Origin: Magnetococcales bacterium
Lineage (GTDB): Bacteria; Pseudomonadota; Magnetococcia; Magnetococcales; JADFYX01
Direction of reading: 5' to 3'
DNA: 63,603 nt
Assembly: GCA_015231305.1 (NCBI GenBank)
Contig: JADGBW010000005.1
Location: forward strand, 1 to 63,603
A program made the translations under genes and the position numbers. Shown here piece after piece: positions 56,698 to 63,603 of the stretch. Within the stretch, counting starts at the first letter, position 1; the number at the start of each line of letters is the position of its first letter. The notes beneath the pieces were generated by a model that saw nothing but the letters and a program-made list of their open reading frames with translations, searched no databases and was not told the DNA's origin.

Positions 56698-58341
56698 TCA
56701 GGATTTTTTTTCCTCTTCAATTTCAGCGGTATGATCCATGTTACCGATACCAGCTAGCTGTTGTAACAAACGCCAGTTTTCTAATCTATCCTTTTGCGAG
56801 GAGAGAAGAATATCAGTTGGTTCGTTATTAGCATTTATAAAATGTTTAGCAAAACGACCTTCAGTGCGACAGAAGCTGATAAAATCTACTACCTCTTCTT
56901 TACCATCTTTAGTCTTTTTACGATGCCAATCACGTTTTACAGAAGGGTTGCCTTGCAATGACATTTTAGAAGCTAAAGTTGGTCCTGCGTCAGGATTATA
57001 AATGAAAACTGGAAACGCACGAGATTCAACAGCTAACATTGATTGCGTACAAGAAACATCATCAGGAATTTGATGTTCAGGCTGGCAAGATGTAAAAGCA
57101 TTAATTAAAGCAGGGCCATCAAAAGCCAGGGCCTGTTCAACTGATTTATAAAAATGGTTGGTCATAGAGCCAACTGTTTGAGCTACAAATACCCTTGGGT
57201 GCATCATAGCAATATTGGCAATCTCTTTACGTTGCTCTTGTTTACCAAGTTCTACTTTACCATGGATAGACATTTTGGCTTCTTGTCCAATGTATGTAGC
57301 AGTCGATGTTTGACCACCAGTGTTGGAATAAGCCTGGGTATCCATAACAAATGCTTTTATGTTCATGCCGGATGTCAACATGCGAGATAGAGCTTGAAAA
57401 CCAATATCCAACATAGAGCCGTCACCACCAAAAACCCATATATGGTGATCTTGTTTGCCAATTTGGTCCCAGTGTGCCCTAATACCCATAGCAACGGTAG
57501 CAGCATTCTCAAATAGAGAGTTTACCCATGGTGCGCGGAATGGATTATAGGGATAAGTTGAACCATAAACAGTGCTACAGCCTGTATTAGCAACAACACC
57601 GTATTTACCACCAACCTTTTCATGAGTCATAGCTAATAGCTGTCTAATAGCTGATGTCTCACCACAACCCATACAGTTACCAGCACCACCAACAAACTGG
57701 TTGGCATCATCCTTGAGCATAATATCCACTTTTAATTTTGGATTAATATACTCAGGCGGTGTTTGGGGAGAGTTTTTGAAATAGTCCCAAAGATCAAAAT
57801 ATCCACCAAGATTATCTTTGGTTTTTTTAATCATTTTGAGAGAGTTGTGATCTCCACATGCAACTACACACTCACCACAACCTTTACATTTGGTTGGGTC
57901 GACAAATATACCAAATAGTGCGCCACCTGGAGCATTTGGATCTTTGGCTTTTTTCTTCTCGTAGGTTTTGTGATACTTGGTTGTTTCAACAAATTGATCA
58001 CGCAAAAACTGTTGCTGCTCTTTGGTTCCAGCTTCTTTTAAAACAGTTTCAAGTGTTTCTGGTGTTATAACTCTGCCCCAAATTGCTGAATCAGGACACT
58101 GTTGCACACACTCCATACAACCAACACAAGTTGCTGCTTCAAATTCAGGCAGGTCGGGAGCAATATAAGAAAAATCCCGGTATGAGGCGGTTCCGCCAGG
58201 AATAACAGAACGGGCTACAAATGGATCAGCAGGTTGTCCAGACCCAGACCCACCATTATAGGCCTCCATAATTTCACGCGCCCGGTCTATGTCGTACCAA
58301 TCAGGCGTTGCTCCAGAATATATTAAAGCTTTTTGACTCAT
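56698..58341 (-). CDS. 2-oxoacid (probably pyruvate):ferredoxin oxidoreductase, ferredoxin plus TPP-binding beta subunit
   Basis: CVGCMECVQQCP and CKGCGECVVAC clusters; GNCMGCGE, NTGCS, SLFEN, GGDG, YSNTGGQ. Confidence 0.9.
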   Translation of the reverse strand: MSQKALIYSGATPDWYDIDRAREIMEAYNGGSGSGQPADPFVARSVIPGGTASYRDFSYIAPDLPEFEAATCVGCMECVQQCPDSAIWGRVITPETLETVLKEAGTKEQQQFLRDQFVETTKYHKTYEKKKAKDPNAPGGALFGIFVDPTKCKGCGECVVACGDHNSLKMIKKTKDNLGGYFDLWDYFKNSPQTPPEYINPKLKVDIMLKDDANQFVGGAGNCMGCGETSAIRQLLAMTHEKVGGKYGVVANTGCSTVYGSTYPYNPFRAPWVNSLFENAATVAMGIRAHWDQIGKQDHHIWVFGGDGSMLDIGFQALSRMLTSGMNIKAFVMDTQAYSNTGGQTSTATYIGQEAKMSIHGKVELGKQEQRKEIANIAMMHPRVFVAQTVGSMTNHFYKSVEQALAFDGPALINAFTSCQPEHQIPDDVSCTQSMLAVESRAFPVFIYNPDAGPTLASKMSLQGNPSVKRDWHRKKTKDGKEEVVDFISFCRTEGRFAKHFINANNEPTDILLSSQKDRLENWRLLQQLAGIGNMDHTAEIEEEKKS

Positions 58342-58371
58342 CACATTACTCCAGTAAAACTATCAAGCTGG

Positions 58372-58397
58372 CAAGCTTAACTAATCAGTTAAGCTTG
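58372..58397. promoter_or_regulatory. Perfect 11-bp intergenic hairpin within the oxidoreductase operon
   Basis: CAAGCTTAACT-AATC-AGTTAAGCTTG with no U-tail. Confidence 0.5.
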
Positions 58398-58441
58398 AAC
58401 AGTCAGCACTTCCCCCACCAGGTAAACTTTATTTGGAAAGA

Positions 58442-60478
58442 TTAAATAAAGAACGCATTAACGTCTTTACCTTTTGCCTCCCAATCAAGACGACCTTGCT
58501 CTAAAACATCAGCAGGTGTAGCCGCCATTATTTCTGGTGTAACAACCATCACACGCTCATATCCACGTTTGACAGCCTGAAGATTTTCATCAACCACTTG
58601 GTCTCCACGTTTACCAAAATATTTATCCAGTGGTTTACGAACATGTTTGAATAGATCTTCTTCATTCATTTTGGCATTTTCTCTGAAAGGGGTAACCCTA
58701 AGGAAAACACCAAGGAGAACAACACCTTGGAAACGTTGAATCAAAGAGTTGTCAGATTGACAAGACTCTCTAGCAATATCAATTGTATCAACACCATAAA
58801 ATTGAACGCCATTCTCTTTCATGAAATATTTTGCATATGGAGGTAGAGATTCCCACAGACCTTCAGGTGTGGTCTCATCGGTATGTTGAAAAACAATACC
58901 GTTATCTTGTAAACCAACAAGAGGGTTACCCATATGCCATGTTGTGGGGTCCATTAATGGAACAAAGTCTACCTGTTGCAGCTCACAATGAGTCATAATT
59001 TTTGTAGCTGGAGTAACAGTTAGGTAGGTGTTTGTAGGTAGACCTTTTTTCTCAGAGCCATACTTAGGTGCAGCTTGAACATTAAAGCCGAAGATATCAC
59101 CCAACATCGTAGCAATAATTTTATTGGTAGTAACAGAGCCATAACCGCCAACAGAGTGGGCGCGCACTGAGAATGAGCCTTCTGGGCGAACATCTGGTTC
59201 ATTGTCCAATTCAAGAGCTGTTTCATGGTCGATACCAAGTGTAAAGAACCTCTTACCCTCAAGACCTTTTAACATGTTTCTAGCTATTGAAATAACATGG
59301 CCAGGTGTAGAGTCACGAGATCCTAAGCCTGCAGCACCGGAGAATACAAACGGTATTTTATCAAGCTTTGTAAAGTTAGGATCACCCATAACAGCGCGAG
59401 CAAGAGATGCTTCGATATCTGTGGTTAATGGATTATCAACCATTGTTGGGATATCACAGCGCTCAATAACAGAAATTGCTTTACAATCTTTTATTACATC
59501 AACAATTTTTGCAGCTGGAAAAGGTCTAAAACAGGTGACATGAACAACACCTAGTTTAATGCCTAAATTGTTTCTAATCTCTTCAACAACAGACATGCAG
59601 GTTTCAGCCATAGTACCCATAGCTACGATGGCATATTCAGCATCATCCATCATATGTGTATCTAACATATTATAGCGACGGCCTGTTAATTGATAAAACT
59701 CTTCCATGGTTTCTTCAATGATCCGTGGGAGTTCATCATAATAGTACCGTTGGGCAATTTTACCCTGCATATAAGCGTCTTGGTTCTGAACAACGCCCAT
59801 CTGTAGAGGAAAATCTGTATCAAACATGTTTTTAATTTTTTCCCGAGGATCACCAAGAAACTCTCTGATAAGCTCATCTTCAGGAAAATCAAGATTTTCA
59901 ATTGTGTGGGTACTCAAAAAACCATCTTGTACATTCATGAATGGTGTAAGAGAGTCCTCTGAAGCTCGTCTTGAAATAAGACAGAGGTCTGAACAGGCTT
60001 GCACTGACTGAGCAAACAAAATGCCCCAGCCAACATCTGCAACACCCATGACATCATCATGGCCTGCATGAACATTCAAACCTTGAGAGGTCAATGCTCG
60101 TGCGCCGACATTCAGAACTTGAGGCAATCTTTTACCAGATATGGTATAGAGAACCTCCTTCATAAGGATTAAACCTTGCCCAGAGGTAAAGTTAGTCACC
60201 CGTCCTCCAGCCAAGGCAAAGCCTTCGCATGCAGATTGAGATGAATGTTCACTCTCTAGTTCCATCCAGACAATAGGCTTGCCCCAAACATTTTGGAAGC
60301 CGTTGGCAACAGCTACCTGAAATAGCTGGCCCATGATGGTAGATGAAGTAATTGGATATGCTGCAGCACCGTCTGTTGCCCTAGTCTCAACGTATGAGAT
60401 GGCATCCGAACCGTCACCGGTACCGGGAATGCCTGGATAAGGAAAAGACTGTGCCTTAGCGGCAGTCATAGTTGTCAT
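58442..60478 (-). CDS. 2-oxoacid (probably pyruvate):ferredoxin oxidoreductase, alpha plus gamma subunit
   Basis: AYPITSS, ESEH, TSGQGL.LM.E, AGHDD, QDGF..THT, GGYGSVTTNK, YGSEKKG.PT; GGAGG RBS before ATG 60478. Confidence 0.9.
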   Translation of the reverse strand: MTTMTAAKAQSFPYPGIPGTGDGSDAISYVETRATDGAAAYPITSSTIMGQLFQVAVANGFQNVWGKPIVWMELESEHSSQSACEGFALAGGRVTNFTSGQGLILMKEVLYTISGKRLPQVLNVGARALTSQGLNVHAGHDDVMGVADVGWGILFAQSVQACSDLCLISRRASEDSLTPFMNVQDGFLSTHTIENLDFPEDELIREFLGDPREKIKNMFDTDFPLQMGVVQNQDAYMQGKIAQRYYYDELPRIIEETMEEFYQLTGRRYNMLDTHMMDDAEYAIVAMGTMAETCMSVVEEIRNNLGIKLGVVHVTCFRPFPAAKIVDVIKDCKAISVIERCDIPTMVDNPLTTDIEASLARAVMGDPNFTKLDKIPFVFSGAAGLGSRDSTPGHVISIARNMLKGLEGKRFFTLGIDHETALELDNEPDVRPEGSFSVRAHSVGGYGSVTTNKIIATMLGDIFGFNVQAAPKYGSEKKGLPTNTYLTVTPATKIMTHCELQQVDFVPLMDPTTWHMGNPLVGLQDNGIVFQHTDETTPEGLWESLPPYAKYFMKENGVQFYGVDTIDIARESCQSDNSLIQRFQGVVLLGVFLRVTPFRENAKMNEEDLFKHVRKPLDKYFGKRGDQVVDENLQAVKRGYERVMVVTPEIMAATPADVLEQGRLDWEAKGKDVNAFFI

Positions 60479-60754
60479 ACAAAAAACATCCTCCAAGGGT
60501 CAGGTTACACATCTTTCAAATTACGCTTATTTTTCAAAAGCGAACTGGGTTATAACACTTTATTATGCAGCGCACAATGGATTCAAAGAGAACAATCGTT
60601 CATAATGAAATATCAGTTGTTAACTTAAGGTCAATTCAACTATTTGATATAAAACATAAAACCATGTCGTGATATATGCTTTTATGTAAAACAAAAAAAA
60701 TATTATTAATAAATAAATACTGAATATTTAATCAGCAATTTTTATAGCTGATCA

Positions 60755-61351
60755 TTAAAACTCTCTTCTACCAGTTAAAGCTTGGTAAAGTGTTGATTCA
60801 TCAAGGTATTCAAGCTCTCCACCCATAGGCAGCCCATAGGCTAATCGGGTCACTTTACTACCAGAAGAGTTAGCTAGTTGTGCCACAAAGTGGGCTGTGG
60901 CTTCGCCCTCTACTGTAGGGTTGGTGGCAATAACTAATTCTTTAATTTCTCCTGATAGCAGGCGTTTTTCTAGAGAGCTCATATTTAATTGCTCTGGACC
61001 TACATCATCAAGTGGGTTAAGCCTGCCACCCAAAACATGATAGGTCCCTTTAAAAAAGCCTGCTTTCTCAAAAGCCATGAGGTCAGATGGTTCTTCTAAA
61101 ACACATAACAACGATCTGTCTCGTTTTTTATCATTACATACCCAGCAAATATCACCTTCGGCAAGATTGTGACATATTCTACAGGTTTTTACCCGGTCAC
61201 GCAGATTTTGTAGAGCCTGCAACAGTTGTTCTATATCTCGCTCACCATAACGCAGAAGGTGGTATATCATCCTGCCGGCACTTTTTTTACCAATACCCGG
61301 AAAGCGGGAAAATATCGCTATAGCCCGCTCTACCGAGGGTAGACCATTCAT
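60755..61351 (-). CDS. recR: Recombination mediator RecR
   Basis: PGIGKKSA.R, C4 zinc finger, YHVLGG, ATNPTVEGEATA, AYGLPMGGELEYLD. Confidence 0.97.
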   Translation of the reverse strand: MNGLPSVERAIAIFSRFPGIGKKSAGRMIYHLLRYGERDIEQLLQALQNLRDRVKTCRICHNLAEGDICWVCNDKKRDRSLLCVLEEPSDLMAFEKAGFFKGTYHVLGGRLNPLDDVGPEQLNMSSLEKRLLSGEIKELVIATNPTVEGEATAHFVAQLANSSGSKVTRLAYGLPMGGELEYLDESTLYQALTGRREF

Positions 61352-61363
61352 TGTTAGTCTCTA

Positions 61364-61684
61364 TTAAAAAGGAAGTTTTAGGCCGGGAATATTCAGCCCA
61401 CCAGTTACTTTGGCCATGCTGTCTTGATTCAGTACCTGTACCTTTTTTTGAGCATCATTAAAAGCTGCAACTATTAAATCTTCCAACATCTCAACGTCTC
61501 TGGCATCAACAGCAGTTGGGTCTAGGCGAACATTTTTTATCTCTTGTTTGCCATCCATGGTAATTTCTACCATACCACCGCCAGACTGCCCAACAACTGT
61601 TGCAGCAGCCATCTCTTCTTGAATTTTGGCCATTTCGCCCTGCATTTTTTGGGCTTGTTTAAGAATGTTACCAAGATCTTTCAT
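61364..61684 (-). CDS. ybaB: YbaB/EbfC nucleoid-associated protein
   Basis: KQAQKMQ, GQSGGGMV, EMLEDLIVAAFNDA; between dnaX and recR. Confidence 0.95.
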   Translation of the reverse strand: MKDLGNILKQAQKMQGEMAKIQEEMAAATVVGQSGGGMVEITMDGKQEIKNVRLDPTAVDARDVEMLEDLIVAAFNDAQKKVQVLNQDSMAKVTGGLNIPGLKLPF

Positions 61685-61706
61685 AATATATTTTCTCCAA
61701 ACTCAA

Positions 61707-63383
61707 CTATTGGACAGATTTATCGTTAAGAGGTTCAACATTTAAAATCTCAACCTGAAAACGGGCAGACAACTCTCGCACAATTGGGTGCTCTTTAGTA
61801 TCTTCAACAAGTTTAGTCAACGCTTCGCTTTTAACTCTAGTAGCTCTCTCGCCAATGGTTTCAGGCCGGGACTCGTCAGAGGCTGGCTCTACTACAACTC
61901 CTTCTCCAGACAATCCGGTTTTTTCTAAATATTCTACAACTCTATCTTTAACCTGATCTGGTGGGCCAAAGCAGTCATTAACCAGCTGTAGCACCATACG
62001 GGGCGGGCTACCATCATCAGCATTATAAAAGTCCAGACAAGCCACCTGTTGCTCTAGCTTCATAGCTAACTCAGGAGCACTCTTCTTTGCAGATGTTATC
62101 AATTGCTGCCACGCGGTTATAGGTTCTTTGTTGTCGTTCTTTTTAATTCCCATGTTTGGCTGAGAAACAGGGGAGGCCACGGGAGAATCAGGAAGAGCAG
62201 TAAAGCCTGAGCTTCCTTGGGCCTCACCACTATTAGATGCAGGGTTTCCCCCAGCTTTAGTTGCCATTTTTATCAAACGACCAATATCTGGAACCGGTTT
62301 TAAATATGCAACTCTTAGTAGTAACATTTCTAAGGCTTGTTGTTGGTTTTCGGCAATGCGCAGGTCTTGGCTACCTCGCAATAACACTTGATAAACCATT
62401 TGCAGATGCTCTTGGCTAGATGATTGGGTAATTTTTTGTAGTTGCTCTCCCATTTCATCATATTTAATATTTTTTTGTTTATCTCCAGCAACCTGCATTC
62501 TGACCCCTGTATGTAGCATGTCAAGAAGGTCATTAATCAATGCTTCTGGTTCTGTGCCATCAGCATAAAAGGTGGCTGTGGAGCTTAAAACCTGTTGTCC
62601 CTGTCCTGATAATAGATGGCTTAATAGTTCCAGCCCACCTGCACGGTTAGAGAGTCCTAGTAGTTCTGTGACACCTGCTAATTTTACCCCACCATCTCCA
62701 TAGGATATAGCTTGATCTAATAGTGATAAGGCATCGCGTACTGAACCTTCAGCAGCTTGGGCAACTACAGAAAGAGCCGAGTCTTCAAAGTCAACTTTTT
62801 CTTGGGTTAAAATATTTGCCATATGAGCGACTAAAGGGGCTTCCAAAACCCTTTTAAGGTCATAACGCTGACAACGGCTGATTATAGTTGCAGGTATTTT
62901 ACGAGATTCAGTTGTGGCAAAAATAAATTTAACGTGAGAGGGGGGTTCTTCTAATGTTTTTAACAGAGCATTGAAAGAGTTTTTTGAAAGCATATGGACT
63001 TCATCGAGTATAAAGACCTTATAACGAGAGGAGGAGGGGGCATATACCACCAAGTCCAATAACTCGCGCATCTGTTCTACTTTTGTACGTGATCCAGCAT
63101 CCAGCTCCATAACATCAGGATGAACACCAGCAATAATCTCTGTACAAGAACCACAACTGCCACATGGTTCAGGGGTTACGCCACTCTCACAGTTTAAACA
63201 CATAGAGAGAAGTCTTGCTAAGGTAGTTTTTCCCACGCCGCGGATTCCTGTAAAAAGAAAAGCGTGGGGAATCCTTCCGCCTAACATAGCATTTTTCAAT
63301 GCCTGAGTGACGTTTTCTTGCCCAACTAAAGAGGCAAAACTTCTAGGTCGCCAGCGACGTGCAAGAACTACGTATGAAGACAT
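61707..63383 (-). CDS. dnaX: DNA polymerase III subunit gamma/tau
   Basis: YVVLARRWRP, GIRGVGKTT, DEVHMLS, NALLKTLEEPP, SRC, GSVRDALSLLDQ. Confidence 0.97.
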   Translation of the reverse strand: MSSYVVLARRWRPRSFASLVGQENVTQALKNAMLGGRIPHAFLFTGIRGVGKTTLARLLSMCLNCESGVTPEPCGSCGSCTEIIAGVHPDVMELDAGSRTKVEQMRELLDLVVYAPSSSRYKVFILDEVHMLSKNSFNALLKTLEEPPSHVKFIFATTESRKIPATIISRCQRYDLKRVLEAPLVAHMANILTQEKVDFEDSALSVVAQAAEGSVRDALSLLDQAISYGDGGVKLAGVTELLGLSNRAGGLELLSHLLSGQGQQVLSSTATFYADGTEPEALINDLLDMLHTGVRMQVAGDKQKNIKYDEMGEQLQKITQSSSQEHLQMVYQVLLRGSQDLRIAENQQQALEMLLLRVAYLKPVPDIGRLIKMATKAGGNPASNSGEAQGSSGFTALPDSPVASPVSQPNMGIKKNDNKEPITAWQQLITSAKKSAPELAMKLEQQVACLDFYNADDGSPPRMVLQLVNDCFGPPDQVKDRVVEYLEKTGLSGEGVVVEPASDESRPETIGERATRVKSEALTKLVEDTKEHPIVRELSARFQVEILNVEPLNDKSVQ

Positions 63384-63500
63384 AGGATCTAGACCATTAC
63401 TCCTGTTAGGGGTGCACGGAAAAAATCAGTAACTGAACAAAGTGCTATTCGAAACTATTGAAATACAGAGTTGGACAAATCTGTTTATAATGATGAATAA

Positions 63501-63603
63501 GGGCGGCTCCAATCAGGGGCAATACGGCACACAGAAGGTCCCACTACCGCTGCTCCCTTCCGGTCCTGACGGGGTTTGCGAGTTTCTGTTGCGTATGACC
63601 TAA
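63501..63603 (-). ncRNA. ffs: Small signal recognition particle RNA (4.5S); 5' end probably beyond the window
   Basis: Minus strand has GTCAGGACCGGAAGGGAGCAGC (domain IV with GGAA tetraloop) in a long stem; conserved position upstream of dnaX. Confidence 0.93.

Noticed and set aside
62139-62145. Possible dnaX -1 frameshift site (T AAA AAG on the minus strand)
   Set aside because: Not the canonical A AAA AAG heptamer; no clear downstream hairpin or immediate -1 stop.
1-63603. tRNA, rRNA, prophage, integrase or magnetosome genes, and the many short antisense ORFs
   Set aside because: No matching motifs seen; the short ORFs lie within well-supported genes on another strand or frame.

Overview
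AT-rich proteobacterial chromosomal segment; a Magnetococcia-like lineage is a tentative inference from gene content only. In order it holds: a PEP-CTERM/XrtA-type exopolysaccharide cluster (sugar transferase cut by the window edge, chain-length determinant, tyrosine autokinase with an expanded 17-Tyr GGY tail, wecB, deacetylase, FemAB-like), gmhA, an RND pump preceded by an unknown secreted repeat protein, a secreted FecR/DUF928-like protein plus CHASE2 adenylate cyclase, a hybrid histidine kinase, YejE/YejF-like ABC genes bracketed by two near-identical 186-bp MITE-like palindromes, cca, leuA with a candidate Leu attenuator, a UPF0175/DUF3368 pair, an aldolase-SDR / degenerate nuclease-helicase with 11 HA repeats / holC operon, two pilU-like ATPases plus a diguanylate cyclase, a glycosylation cassette, a TPR plus J-domain pair, mutM, nadK, folE2, proS, a PopZ-like protein, a radical SAM plus oxidoreductase pair, an EAL protein, a two-subunit 2-oxoacid:ferredoxin oxidoreductase, recR-ybaB-dnaX and the SRP RNA. 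The most unusual signals are (i) two families of full-length hairpin elements with IS1380-like ends whose stem mismatches are strongly biased to G-U on one strand, and (ii) an intact 1419-aa pseudo-nuclease/pseudo-helicase with 11 HA repeats translationally coupled to holC. No tRNA, rRNA, CRISPR array, transposase or prophage was recognised. All family assignments come from motif recognition by eye, not database searches.
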